A stretch of 63,916 nt of DNA, filler included, from Octopus bimaculoides (GCF_001194135.2; 4 parts of 4 records of this genome joined end to end with filler, not necessarily neighbours in it); one strand, 5' to 3'; positions 12,576 through 27,082 are shown, counted from the first letter of the whole stretch. A program made the numbers and translations. Notes: generated by a model from the sequence alone, not told the origin.

Positions 12576-12818
12576 TGTAAAAGAGTTTTATCCCTTTTTG
12601 AATATATTTACCAAATATATACACGGAATATATTCAATGTTGAATTTTTTATTCCTGTCTCCACATGGGTACCCAAAAACAACCCGGAAGTATTTCCCGC
12701 TTCTTTGATGAAGATATATACAGATAAACTTCATTCCCTTTACTCTGTCGGATACGTAGTGTGTTCGTTTTTGGTGGGGTGAGAATTCTGTTTATTTATA
12801 TATATTTTTGGGACAATA

Positions 12819-12878
12819 CTGTGCTGATGAACGAAATCTAGATTCATTCTAGTAATCGCGAAATCGGTCGATACACAG
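12819..12878 (+). ncRNA. Decayed Penelope-type hammerhead ribozyme motif
   Basis: CTGATGA at 12824; stem II hairpin (cga...ctaga ttcat tctag...tcg); GAAA at 12860; near-palindromic stem III ATCGGT followed by C (GUC triplet). Stem I is partly broken (ctgtg/cacag offset by 4 nt). Confidence 0.45.
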
Positions 12879-13051
12879 TTAAGTTTATTTAAAAGAAAGT
12901 TCCTCGCATTAGGTACTAAATGTGGTTATTTTGAGAAGTCCACTGTGTGGCGTTATTANNNNNNNNNNNNNNNNNNNNNNNNNNNNNNNNNNNNNNNNNN
13001 NNNNNNNNNNNNNNNNNNNNNNNNNNNNNNNNNNNNNNNNNNNNNNNNNNN

Positions 13052-13087
<36 letters not shown>

Positions 13088-16000
13088 TATAAACATGTGT
13101 ATATGTGTTTGTTCCCAACCGCTACTTGACTGCTGGTGTTGGTTTATTTACTTCTTAACCTTAGCGATCCGACAAATAATTCTGATAGAATAAATTCCAG
13201 AGTTTAATATGTTTGTATAGATCATTATAACCGTCTCCATTTATATATACACAGAGGTAGTTTTGGTCACTTGTGTACAATAACTTGTGGTTAGCAGTTA
13301 AGCTGTTTGACTTATTTAAGAAACGTATACATATATAGATACACGTGTAAGTATGCTTGTTATAATCACACGTGGAAGTAGACATGTTATTTGAAAACCA
13401 TTTCTTGCTGAAGTATTTAAATAATACTGCTTTGTTTCACAAGTTCACTTCTGCTTCAAGAGCTCTTACTTTGTGGTTGTTGTTGATACAATCTATATTA
13501 CCTTTACGTACTATTTTTTGAACTCTCTTTATGTTCAGATAAAAGACATCCATTGTTCGTACGTAAAATAAAAATGGTGAACGTTCTCATTTACTCACTT
13601 TCGCAAATAAAACAAAAGTGTTTTGCGCATAAAATAAGATTAGAGTCGAATGATAATTTGAATTAATTGATGAATAATTGCATAGTATAATTATAGCGAA
13701 CTAATGTTTCATTGCATGTTTGGTAATGTGCAAACGAGACAACTTAAGCAATCGTGATTGTTATATTAAGGAATAATTTAATTAAATATTAGTAAGCAAA
13801 TTGAGTTTAATGTAAACATACTATACTCAGAATTAATAAAATGGAAAAATATTTCCTAAAATTCTAATAAATTTATAGATTTCATTTACTGGGGAAATAT
13901 TTCATCTGGAAATCTTTTCAGTGGATGATAATGTGTCGCAACTACTATTTCGTAACTTTTCTGTTTCTTAAATAAGCCATGTAGCTTGACCGATTTAATT
14001 CGTTTAGGAAATATCTGTTAGAGATGTCGTTGTCAATTATATCACAGATAGAACATGTTAAAAGAAAAGAAGAAGGCGAGAAAGATATGAGACGATATAA
14101 AAGTGATATAATTTTTTCTTTTTTAGAAAAAGGAAGAAGATTTTGCTGAATATCTTCAAGAAGTTTTCTACGAAAAACTAAGAAAGAAAAGAAAAATTAT
14201 GAAAATTAAGGAAGAATGATATGAATATTCATCCAGAAAAAGTGATATAATGTATCTTCATAAAAAAGAAAAAAAAATGACTGGAAGACATTTATTGGAT
14301 ATTACTTGAAAAGAAAACTTGATATCAATGTTATTCAATGAATATCGCTAATGTGAAGACCACTTTTTATATGACATGATCTATCTTCATGTAAAAATAT
14401 TTCCGTTCATTCTTCAACATAGAGATTGTAAATTAAATGAAAATTTATAACTAATGCTGACTCTTTCGGCTTGTATGTTTCAGTAGTAGATTTTCATCAA
14501 TGTGTTAATGTAATGATTTCAGTCCTGTAAACCACCCTTAAGGGTTTGGAGAATATCTATTGCAACATTTCCCAAAAAGAACCTCAGGTTTGTGCGAGAA
14601 ATTGCTGGAGGTAAAAGGAGAAAGATAGACAATATAGGCTAATTGTATAGAAATACAGCTCTTTGTAATTTTTTGCTTTATTTGTATATTCATATTTATA
14701 TTATATATATTCATCATATCCAAAATCTTGTCATCTAAATGGAGCAAATTTACCCTCAGAGTAAAATGACATCGTAATAGAGAGTTGTTGGCGAAATTAC
14801 TCCAAAAAATCATTTTTCTTAACTGTTTGAACCGCTTCTACGCTTTAGTGGGAGTAATTTCGTTTGACCATAACCCTGAAGCCCCCAAATTAGGGGGCCA
14901 CATGGTTTTGTGTTTCTGTCTCATTCATTGGCATCATTATTTCCGTCGTTATTTTCAGCCATAAGCATAAAATAATGTAGCTGTTTGCCCTATCCACTTC
15001 TAGAGCTATATTCTCAAACGAAATCACACCCGTTAAAACAGACATACGGGTTCAATGGCTTAAGACGAAACGTTTTTCTTATTTTGTGGTGTTTGATAGA
15101 TTTAACATTGCCAAGTATTCGAAGATTATTTTCTGATTTATTTAATCTCTTACGAATTTAGTTTTCCCGCAAAAGAAAAAAATATGAAAAATACAATAAT
15201 CTTTATTTAAGAGTTTCTTGAATCATGGAATCATGGGTAGTAATTTAGGTAAACGCTGATCTATATAGTTTTGTCAGTTTTTCATAATTTGTAATTTGAG
15301 CTGTACTGTATTTATCCTACACCTGGTGATTATATCCACTTCTGCGATGGAGAAAGCTGTATATTCAGGAAGTCTCTTTTATAGCTACGGTGTTTTGAAT
15401 TTGATTCCAATGCCCCCGCTTCATATAGTTATGTCTTCCATCATAACTTCAGATAGTATACTGCTTTGAGGGTAACATTTTGGCTTACAAAACTGTGTGG
15501 AAGAAGGATGAAAAGATTGCTCATGTTGCTTGGTGGTATACACCATATTTTCCACCGTTTTAACACATTACATTGCCATTGGTTTAGAGTACCTCAAGTA
15601 GTTTCGGAGGCTCCGGACATGGCGCTATGTTTTACCTTTGACTAAAACATTAAAAATGTCTATTGATATAAAAATATTTGTGGATATGCGAAAAATCATG
15701 TACTCTGCAGGTGTCTCCAACCTATTATTGATAGTTGCAGTACACAGAACCGTATTGATCGTCGATAGTCTCAATAAGATTTTAGCGATAACGTCGATAA
15801 ATTTCCTCATGAGAATAAGAGATTTTACTTGCTTTCGTCAAAAAGTCTTTCATTTGAGCTGAGTAAAATTCTCGTCCATCTGACGAATTTTTTCACTGTA
15901 TATATTTTACAGTTATATACATATCATAGAAGTTTTACATGTAGATATTATGAATGTTGAATGGTAGTGATAATGATAACGTCGGCTCGGTGATCGATTT

Positions 16001-16456
16001 CCTCTATAACTGTCAGCTTTTGATTCGTGTTAAATATTGAATCTTTTTGAGTACTGAGTGACATTACAGAAGTTTGTTATAACAATTTTGAATATAAATT
16101 TTGGATTTGAGATGTCTGTAGCTTAAGCTATTTCGATGCGAAGGGATTTATTTTCGGGTATATACCATACACGTAGGAGTTTAATCGCTTCTTATAGCTG
16201 GATATTCAGTAAAAGCGAAATGTTGGTGCAAAGGGAAATATTTTGCTTTAATATCTGAGGCATCATCGGCAGTCAGAGAAGTTAATATTCAAGTCTGTCA
16301 TGGTATTAAGAGTATCATCTAGAAACATTTTTGGTTAATAAATGGCGGTTTTATAACAGAAATTCCATTTATTAACTATACATATATATGTATGTGTGTG
16401 TATGTATATATAAATATATATACATACATACACACACACAAACACACTCACAAACA

Positions 16457-16516
<60 letters not shown>

Positions 16517-17639
16517 ATTCACTTTTGAGTTATCTATACAGATTTTCTATAGAATTGAGAGTCCGCCCTGTGTACGTACCAGTTACCAGGAATGAATATT
16601 TGATATCTAAATTAATCTATGCAATAGTATTACACTGCTAAACTTAGTGACTACTTAAGCAATGTGTTCGTGGATGGTTAATGGGTTGCAAGCGATGCTG
16701 AGCATAATAACTATTGAAATATGCATATACACCTATTACATATTTTTGTATCTTCGATCGCGTTGTTTACATAGATATATTCGTATACGTGACGACGTAA
16801 CCTTCAGTGCTGGCTTTAAATTCTTTATGAAATTTGTTGAGATTGAATCGCACTGTCAATACAAAGTAGGACACTGTATTGACTTATAAATATTTGATGT
16901 ACTCGGTAGTGTATTATGGCTCCGAAAGAAAATACGGTGTCCCTACCAGTAATTAATATGTACATACATGTTGCCAGGAATGTCTTTAATACGTAAATTG
17001 GTCTACCCAGAAGTGTTACAGTACTAAGCTTAGTGGCTCTTTAAGCGACGCGTTTGTGGAAAGTTAATGGGTTGGTTGTGGATGAAATATGTATGCACAC
17101 CTATTACATAGGTGATACATAACAGACCGACAAAAACAAACGGAATATTCAATTGATAGTAATAAAGTGACCAGGACAATCACCGTCTCAGAAAAGACAC
17201 AGAGAGCTGCGAATACGGAAACATGGAACTGATCACAATCCTATACGGCACTGGGTCGTCATTTACTTACCATTTCCATCTATAAAGTCTTGAAATTTCC
17301 GGCCATCGTTGCTTCTGCACCCTATTGGAGTAGGTCTTACATGTAGAAGCCACTAACGTCAAGACCTTGCCGCCAAAGCCACAGCTGCACAGGTGATCAC
17401 TACCTGCCCGAGATTATGCCATATAGCGAACTTTACATTTGTATTATGGCAGAGGGGAATAAAGTCCCCGCTGCCATAATATCAACAGTGTTGTACTATA
17501 ACTCCCAATAATCAGGAAACTTGGTGACATAATATTTAACAATCAATTTCCTTCCAGACTGTACAAAGAACTTTATTTGAACACAAATTGAAATCGATTA
17601 AGAACTCAGCAATATCCAGACCTCAACTGGATATTATCC

Positions 17640-17740
17640 AGTCTTGAACGAAATATGTTTTGTAACCACTGCGACCGGTCTGCCTTTCACATATTGACTC
17701 GTGGAGTAAGCAGCGAGCCTACGGTCTACGTGGGCAGCTC
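17640..17740 (+). mobile_element. RTE-like LINE 3' remnant (C-terminal zinc knuckle)
   Basis: tgt aac cac tgc gac cgg -tc tgc ctt tca cat att reads CNHCDRxCLSHI with one frameshift, like the CxxCxRxCxSHIGLxSH motif of RTE ORFs. Confidence 0.4.
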
Positions 17741-18321
17741 CGATTATGAAACAATGAATCGAGCCATGCCGCACACAAACACAAAGGCAATTCGTATGAA
17801 AAATGCATGTAAGTATATCTGTAAGAATATAACAATGGGTGTGTGTGTGAGTGTGTGTGGGTGTGTGTGTGTAGTGGTATGAATGTGAAACTGCGTGTGA
17901 CGTGTGAATAACTTTCTGTGTATTTGCGCATATACATACTTGTTTAGACATTGGTGAATATTGTCGTTTAAAATACCAGTGCCATTTGAGTAGTGGCATC
18001 TGTTTGCATGTGCATAGAAGGAATAGGAAGAGGAAAAAAGAGAACGAGAGTGTAAAATATAGAACGGAAGCGAGGAAGTGTGAGGGAGAAAGATATAATG
18101 TTAGAAAAGTACAAAATATATAAAATAAAAATGCATAGAGATAAATAATGATTTATTGATATGAAAGAATTCTACAGTTAGACAAGGTATGTACAAAAAT
18201 AGGAACGAAAAACGACAAAAACAAACAAGAGATAAAGAGTCAAAGAGAGGAGAAAATACGAAGCAGATTTAATAGGTAGATTCGGAGACTGATATACGTA
18301 TTAACAAAAAAAACAAACAAG

Positions 18322-18358
<37 letters not shown>

Positions 18359-18522
18359 ACACACAACACAAACACAACACAAACACATATACACACACAC
18401 ACGCGTACTTACAGATGGATAGATAGATACACAACGATATATTATATGTGTGTTTGTGTATATATATGTGTATGTATATATATGTGTATGTATATATATA
18501 TGTGTATGTATATATATGTGTA

Positions 18523-18564
<42 letters not shown>

Positions 18565-19044
18565 CGTATGTATGTAAGTATATAAGTCTAGTGATAAATC
18601 TGATCGGACAATGTTATTTATCATTCATCACATCTTTCTGTCAATAAACAAGCGGAAGGAACTCTCTTGAAGAATTTCTCTGACTTCAAGAGTCATATTT
18701 TATCACTGACGTTTCCCTGCAGTTTATTACATATCTCAGAGATATTTACGAAAGACTGGATAAATATATGTTTAGAAGGCAGATGGAACAGTTTGAAGTT
18801 GATGCTATTCAATGTCATTCCACTGACTCTGTTATCAGGAATTCAATCAACAGATTCCGAGAAACTTGATATACATTTTCGCCTTTGTCGCTTGTAATTT
18901 TAGCTGGTCGAACTGATGTTTCTGCCTATTTTTATCCTGTATATGAATAGACGAGGAAAACGCGTGTGTATAGAAAGAAAAAAAAAACTGATGAACACTT
19001 TTATAAAAAAAGCATATGTAGATGTACCTCCAATTATGTGTATG

Positions 19045-19103
<59 letters not shown>

Positions 19104-19147
19104 NNNNNNNNNNNNNNNNNNNNNNNNNNNNNNNNNNNNNNNNNNNN

Positions 19148-19159
19148 TTAATTAATTAA
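19148..19159. other. Assembly spacer TTAATTAATTAA (also 27937-27948 and 53303-53314)
   Basis: The same 12-mer is flanked by exactly 44 N on each side (100 bp total) three times, and it puts stops in all six frames. Artificial scaffold filler. Confidence 0.95.
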
Positions 19160-19283
19160 NNNNNNNNNNNNNNNNNNNNNNNNNNNNNNNNNNNNNNNNN
19201 NNNATATATATATATATGTACGTATGTATACATATACATATATATGTCTATATATATACAATATATATTATCCTATACCTATG

Positions 19284-19358
<75 letters not shown>

Positions 19359-20473
19359 GTGTTTATATGTGTGTTTGTGTTAATGTGTTTATTTATGCAT
19401 ATGGCTCGAGCCACACACACACACACTCCCGCAGAAACACACGTACGTCTACTAGTCATAATATTACATACCATCGCAAATCCACCAGTCTTTATCACTG
19501 AGCATCCATTAGTAAATACGTCCAATATCATAATACACAGCTTCCTTCTTCGTTAAGGGAAATAGTCTATATTCTTTANNNNNNNNNNNNNNNNNNNNNN
19601 NNNNNNNNNNNNNNNNNNNNNNNNNNNNNNNNNNNNNNNNNNNNNNNNNNNNNNNNNNNNNNNNNNNNNNNNNNNNNNNNNNNNNNNNNNNNNNNNNNNN
19701 NNNNNNNNNNNNNNNNNNNNNNNNNNNNNNNNNNNNNNNNNNNNNNNNNNNNNNNNNNNNNNNNNNNNNNNNNNNNNNNNNNNNNNNNNNNNNNNNNNNN
19801 NNNNNNNNNNNNNNNNNNNNNNNNNNNNNNNNNNNNNNNNNNNNNNNNNNNNNNNNNNNNNNNNNNNNNNNNNNNNNNNNNNNNNNNNNNNNNNNNNNNN
19901 NNNNNNNNNNNNNNNNNNNNNNNNNNNNNNNNNNNNNNNNNNNNNNNNNNNNNNNNNNNNNNNNNNNNNNNNNNNNNNNNNNNNNNNNNNNNNNNNNNNN
20001 NNNNNNNNNNNNNNNNNNNNNNNNNNNNNNNNNNNNNNNNNNNNNNNNNNNNNNNNNNNNNNNNNNNNNNNNNNNNNNNNNNNNNNNNNNNNNNNNNNNN
20101 NNNNNNNNNNNNNNNNNNNNNNNNNNNNNNNNNNNNNNNNNNNNNNNNNNNNNNNNNNNNNNNNNNNNNNNNNNNNNNNNNNNNNNNNNNNNNNNNNNNN
20201 NNNNNNNNNNNNNNNNNNNNNNNNNNNNNNNNNNNNNNNNNNNNNNNNNNNNNNNNNNNNNNNNNNNNNNNNNNNNNNNNNNNNNNNNNNNNNNNNNNNN
20301 NNNNNNNNNNNNNNNNNNNNNNNNNNNNNNNNNNNNNNNNNNNNNNNNNNNNNNNNNNNNNNNNNNNNNNNNNNNNNNNNNNNNNNNNNNNNNNNNNNNN
20401 NNNNNNNNNNNNNNNNNNNNNNNNNNNNNNNNNNNNNNNNNNNNNNNNNNNNNNNNNNNNNNNNNNNNNNNNG

Positions 20474-20630
20474 GCCTGTATTGTCACATACTGTACCACC
20501 CTGAATCTCCCAAAGAAATACATTAAGGGTATGCATGTCTGTGGAGTACTCAACCACTTGCTTGTTAATTTCACGAGCAGGCTGTTCCATTAATCGTATC
20601 AACTGGGACACTCGTTATGGTAACAGGCGG
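20474..20630 (+). mobile_element. 3' half of SINE family C
   Basis: ttgtcacatactgt...ttaagggtatgcatgtctgtggagtactcaaccacttg...gttaatttcacgagcaggctgttcc aligns with 50880-51020. Confidence 0.8.
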
Positions 20631-22379
20631 GACGCTGAATATTTGTGTTACTGCAGAATATTTGGATCTAGATAGAAATTTCAAAAGGAGTTGGTCTTAC
20701 TCTATGACATTTTCGCCAATCTATGACCCTGGAACAAGGAAAGATAAAAGGCAAATTTGATCTCGACAGTATTTGAAATTCCGGATATTGAAGAACCAAA
20801 ACAGCAAATACCGCAAAGGGATTTGTCTAGCACTCTATCGATTCTGTCAAACAACCGCTTTTAGTGGTGAATCAGAATCGAAGAATGGTATTTCCTTTAC
20901 TTTTGTCAGTTATCGCAGTGTCGATTTTGTTTAGGAATTTGTAAATACGCTGGAGGAAATTTCGTAGCGAAACATCATCTAATTACGATAGTAATAAGAG
21001 ACCATTTTGTTAAATATATTGGTAAAAGGAATGCCTGAAGACGAAAACAACATTCGATTGATTCCAAAAAACGTTTTTACAGAGACGTTCAAACCTCATC
21101 TTGTCTCATCTTGTGTGAAGTAGAGTGAAAATATCTGATTCATATTAGGTTTTAAGTTGGAATGTGGTGTGATGAGAAACACTGGCGCAGAATCACATCG
21201 AAAGGAAAAGCAACTAGGTCTTTGATTTAATAAAACTGCTTCCCCAATCTTCTACTTAAAAGTGAAGAATATTCAATAGCATTTGCCACCTCTTCTAACA
21301 CTCAGATACACATGATATATTTCAGATGTGGTCATGAAATATTAACTGGATTTCTTCTGCATCATTTTGCGAGAGATAAAAGCTCAGTCCAATCAGACAC
21401 CCGCATTCCATCTTCAGAAACGGAAGGGAACGTTGACTAATGTAGCGAGAAATACAAAAGTTGAGACTGTCATGAATGGATTGGCATTGGTTACAGTTAA
21501 AAAAATGTTTATAGGTGAAACCAACGAATGTGTTTCTAAGTCCTCACATGGCTTTGCTAGAATAAAAACACAGCCAATTACCCCTCAAATTATGTTATAT
21601 TATCTTTGGAAACAGGAGGATATATTTGACAATGGAATAATTCAATCTAGCAAGTAGGTGCTCAAACGACAGGGGGGAAAAGAACAGCCAATTCCCCCTC
21701 AAATTACACCATTGAAGTCTAGATTACGGAATATATTTGGCAATGTGTTCCAATACATACAATTAATGTAGCAATAATTCAGAATGCACGTCTAAAAGAA
21801 ACAGCCAGTTCTCCCGCAAATTCCACCATGTGAATTTAGAAAACGGAAGATATATTTAACAATAAATTCCAATATATATAGTTTATTCAGACCATCACTC
21901 CAGAATGGAAACCAATTTCGTGTCTTTTGTTTTGATAGCAAAATTATGAGTTTCGCTCTAAGACCAAGTTGTACGTTTGTAATTATATGGAAATATGAAA
22001 GAAATACCAAGCATTAATCCAAAATTTTCCATTATAGAACGTATGGAGAGCATAGAAGATAGCAAACATATCCAGCGGAAAGCGAATGCATAAATATAGA
22101 ATGTAGATAATATTTTGAATGGGAAGAAGTAGCTGACAGAAATTTAATAATACGGAAACACCGGGTGTTTGCCTTCTGTTTATATTAATGTTTAAATTAT
22201 TAAAGCAGCCAACTTTGTTTTTATCGTGGATTTAAAGGTATGTTGTCAATTCTTTATTTGATATTATTAACGTGTTTCGTGCCAACCGCGATGAATGTTA
22301 ACAGTTGACATTTTCGCATGTAGAGAAAATGGCGTTGCGTCACGTAGAACAATCAATCAATGAAGGCGTTAGTCGTGAG

Positions 22380-23000
22380 GGCGGCGGTGGTGGAATTAGA
22401 GAGGGAGAGGGAGAGAGGGGGAGAAGGAGGGGAGGAGAAGGGGGGANNNNNNNNNNNNNNNNNNNNNNNNNNNNNNNNNNNNNNNNNNNNNNNNNNNNNN
22501 NNNNNNNNNNNNNNNNNNNNNNNNNNNNNNNNNNNNNNNNNNNNNNNNNNNNNNNNNNNNNNNNNNNNNNNNNNNNNNNNNNNNNNNNNNNNNNNNNNNN
22601 NNNNAGGGAGAAAAAGAGAGAGAGAGAGAGAGAGAGGGTGAGAGAGATAGGGAGTGAGAGTAGAGAGAGTGGGAGAGAGATATGAGAAGATGCGAGACAG
22701 GCAGTATGAGAGAGGGGAGAAAGAGGGAGAGACGTAGAAAGAAAGGCAGAGATGGGGAGAGAGAGAGAGAGAGAGAGAGAAAGGGAGAGAAGGTGTGAAA
22801 CAGATGTAATGTGGGAGAGAGAAGAAAGAAGGGCAGAGATGGGGAGGGAAAGAGTGAAGGGGATAGAAGAAAGAGGGGGAAAGATAGAGAGAGAAGAGGA
22901 GAGAAAAGGAGACAGAGAGATAGGGAAAGATGGATAGAGAGAAAGACAGGGAGAGAGAAAGTGAACGGAGTGAGAGAGAGAGAGAGAGAGAGAGAGTGAG
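22380..23000. repeat. Polypurine (GA)-rich low-complexity tract
   Basis: Direct reading; includes a 158-N gap. Confidence 0.9.
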
Positions 23001-24940
23001 AGATGTGGAGACCATTGACCGCTAGCTCTCAATACTGACCACAGCCACACTAAGTTTGACACTTTGGTCCACCAACTGGAGACCAGGATCGATCTCAGAG
23101 ATAACACGTTGCAAAGTTCGGTTTCTAGGATATGGCTTCCCAAGGGTGAGAGCTTATACTCTCTTAGAGTAGACATAGGAATCCAGTTGGCTGAGGTCCT
23201 TTCATTTTGGGATGTGACCTTTCATTAAGGTCATGACCGATGACATATCTCACATGTTGATATGTTCAGCTGTCCGAGGTTCTTTCCGTAAATTTTACCA
23301 TCCTTAAATGGGTCGCGCGTAGGCAAATGTTTGCTGTACTTTCACTTTCGTTTTCACATTCATATTTTGGATTGAGGCCTAAGCCCCATAGTTTAAGACA
23401 GTTCCTTCGCCTAACTAACTACGTTGATGCACGGCGATGTGTCTCAGTCAAGAGTCATAAGAAGAAGGGTCACAAATTATCGGGTGTTAATATATAAGTT
23501 ACTCCTTACGTTGTGGTATACTCTAGGATAACTTATGATGCGCAGTCGCCTAACAACGAATTGTCTTTACATTAATGCGCATTAAAAATTGAGTGTAAAA
23601 TTATGACAATTTCTTGCAAATTTAAGTCAGAATTCACGAAGGAAAATACTTGTGAGCTAACACTAAATGGAATCGGAGACATGACGTGAAACGAATCTCT
23701 TGTTCTTTGATTGTGGAAAATTTTACATTATCAGACGCCTTCCGGGTTGTTTATTATTCAATTCGAGCTGGTGTGTGGATGTTTACAGAAGTACCACAAA
23801 TTCATTTGAAAATTTGTACATGCGTAAAGATTTCAGACACGAAGTAAATAACAATACGTGTGTATATATGCAGCATACTAACTGGTAATATTATGCACAT
23901 ACATATTGAGAAAAAAACCTTGTGAGGATGTTATAGAGTGATACAGGATTGTGGCATTGAATCAAGTAACATCCAGTGATCAGGCTAGAGATAATGTATG
24001 TGCATATATATATATATATACCAACGTGTACATGCATACATACATACATACATACATACATACGCACGTACGTATACATGTATGAATATACAAGTATGTA
24101 TATGTATATATATATATATATATATACATACTTATATAATGTTTTTTTTTATTCTCTCTCTGTTTAATTCCTCGTGTTCCTTTCTGTTGAAGAGCTTCGG
24201 CTGGAAACGTAAAAGACTTTTCTCACCTTCCCGTGTGTCAAACTAATACACCCGATTATTGTTTATACTCCTGTCTTCAACTTCTTCTTTTACTGTAAAT
24301 TTCAACTATATGTATACACAAATACGCACACACATCAATACATGTGTATATATATCTATATATACATACAACGTGTATATCTATATGTATGTGTGCTTAC
24401 GTGTGTGCATGGAGGGAATATTTATGAATGTTTGAGACACCACGAAGAAAGTCTATGTGGTGTCATTTTTAACATACTAGAAGAAACAGTAGTGAAATCT
24501 CCCTCATAAAATAATAAGTTCATTTTCGATAATGTAATCGACACTCTTTAAAACAAATGAGATCATTACAAACGATGAAATGACCTTAATCGATAGATCA
24601 CGCTCAATCAGGGCTGATTTGAAAGGACAAAAAACACAAACAAAAGAACGATGCCAATCAATGCAACAGTGACAAATTGTGTTATTTTTTACCATAAACG
24701 AAATAATTCCTCATTGCGGGAAATAAAAATGATATTAAACTAAACGACACAAACAACAAGAATATGATTTTATTATTGACTCAATATAAAAGAGATGCTA
24801 CAAGTATTTAATTCTGGTTTACAGTTGCCATAAAACTTTGTTTTTCTTCTTCTTCTTTGCTTTTTGTTTGTTTGTTAGTAATTTCTGTGTGACAATTCCG
24901 TTTAAAAGTTTATAAACGTAAAATATATCTCATACATATA

Positions 24941-24973
<33 letters not shown>

Positions 24974-25812
24974 ATGTCTGGTGTTTGTATGTGTGCATGG
25001 TGTCTGTAAGTGTGTGCGTATGTTTGTGTGTATTTGTGTGTGTGTGTGTTTCTGTGTGTCTATATTCATCTCCGAGGAAACTACATACAACCACACCTCT
25101 TTTTCTCCATTCACTTGTGGGTGTTGTTATTGTTATTGTCCTTCTTCATCTTCTTGTTCTTCTTGTTCTTCTTGTCCTTGTTCTTGTTCTTCCTGTTATT
25201 GTTGTTGTTGTTCTTGTTGTTCTTGTTNNNNNNNNNNNNNNNNNNNNNNNNNNNNNNNNNNNNNNNNNNNNNNNNNNNNNNNNNNNNNNNNNNNNNNNNN
25301 NNNNNNNNNNNNNNNNNNNNNNNNNNNNNNNNNNNNNNNNNNNNNNNNNNNNNNNNNNNNNNNNNNNNNNNNNNNNNNNNNNNNNNNNNNNNNNNNNNNN
25401 NNNNNNNNNNNNNNNNNNNNNNNNNNNNNNNNNNNNNNNNNNNNNNNNNNNNNNNNNNNNNNNNNNNNNNNNNNNNNNNNNNNNNNNNNNNNNNNNNNNN
25501 NNNNNNNNNNNNNNNNNNNNNNNNNNNNNNNNNNNNNNNNNNNNNNNNNNNNNNNNNNNNNNNNNNNNNNNNNNNNNNNNNNNNNNNNNNNNNNNNNNNN
25601 NNNNNNNNNNNNNNNNNNNNNNNNNNNNNNNNNNNNNNNNNNNNNNNNNNNNNNNNNNNNNNNNNNNNNNNNNNNNNNNNNNNNNNNNNNNNNNNNNNNN
25701 NNNNNNNNNNNNNNNNNNNNNNNNNNNNNNNNNNNNNNNNNNNNNNNNNNNNNNNNNNNNNNNNNNNNNNNNNNNNNNNNNNNNNNNNNNNNNNNNNNNN
25801 NNNNNNNNNNNN

Positions 25813-25849
<37 letters not shown>

Positions 25850-26440
25850 TATATACGATAAGCATCTACACGTAGCAGCGAACAAATTGTTTTCAAAGAT
25901 GTCATTCTATTTTCCCCATCATCTATAATATCTGCATAAATAGAAAAGATAAACCAATCGAACTTATTGCTCACCTCTATTTCACATTGCCGTCCATCTT
26001 ATATCCTTGTTCGGGAATTGATATATTTCGATATTCCCATTATTATATTGGATATATATTTCACAACACACCGAGAATACATGTAGTTTTCACATGGTCC
26101 ATACACAGAGTCCGAGAGATTTAAAATTAATGTTTTCTTTCCCTGCTATTCATCTAGATCTCAACAACACTGTAAGTGAGAAGCTTCGTATATTATTTTG
26201 TATAAGGAAGAAGAAATCTGAGACAAACGATGGGAAATTGTGACAAAAACTGCAACTTATATTTTCTCGTTTGATGCTGCAAAAATTAGTTTATGAATAC
26301 ACTGTGTCATCAGAAGTTCGAAGAGCTGGTCCTAATACTTTGTAGAATTGAAATGACCTTTCTCGAAACGCCAGCTTTCTAATCTTCCAATCGGATATTC
26401 TTAATTTATTAGCTCTTTGACATATATTTATATATGTGTG

Positions 26441-26478
<38 letters not shown>

Positions 26479-26954
26479 NNNNNNNNNNNNNNNNNNNNNN
26501 NNNNNNNNNNNNNNNNNNNNNNNNNNNNNNNNNNNNNNNNNNNNNNNNNNNNNNNNNNNNNNNNNNNNNNNNNNNNNNNNNNNNNNNNNNNNNNNNNNNN
26601 NNNNNNNNNNNNNNNNNNNNNNNNNNNNNNNNNNNNNNNNNNNNNNNNNNNNNNNNNNNNNNNNNNNNNNNNNNNNNNNNNNNNNNNNNNNNNNNNNNNN
26701 NNNNNNNNNNNNNNNNNNNNNNNNNNNNNNNNNNNNNNNNNNNNNNNNNNNNNNNNNNNNNNNNNNNNNNNNNNNNNNNNNNNNNNNNNNNNNNNNNNNN
26801 NNNNNNNNNNNNNNNNNNNNNNNNNNNNNNNNNNNNNNNNNNNNNNNNNNNNNNNNNNNNNNNNNNNNNNNNNNNNNNNNNNNNNNNNNNNNNNNNNNNN
26901 NNNNNNNNNNNNNNNNNNNNNNNNNNNNNNNNNNNNNNNNNNNNNNNNNNNNNN

Positions 26955-26986
<32 letters not shown>

Positions 26987-26995
26987 CTGCTAATA

Positions 26996-27082
26996 CGAGG
27001 GAGTGTATGAAAAGTTTTGAGCCTTGAAGTCTTGTACCATATTTTGGTTTTCTGAGGCTCAAGACTTTTCATACATCCCTCG
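26996..27082. mobile_element. 87-bp mariner-type MITE with TA TSD
   Basis: TA|cgagggagtgtatgaaaagttttgagcct ... aggctcaagacttttcatacatccctcg|TA. TIRs ~28 bp (1 indel, 1 mismatch) around a ~30-bp spacer. Confidence 0.85.

Noticed and set aside
15220-15900. Coding-like minus-strand stretch, possibly an ancient transposon
   Set aside because: Stops in every frame and no motif I can assign; needs tblastx/HMM search.
18760-18870. Tc1 HTH-like peptide SVIRNSINRFRET
   Set aside because: Single short motif with no TIR or catalytic domain.
23010-23320. Possible RTE LINE 3' remnant on minus strand (also 51240-51520 on plus, and a CR1-like stretch at 34600-34780)
   Set aside because: Similarity is only impressionistic; could not align diagnostic motifs with confidence.
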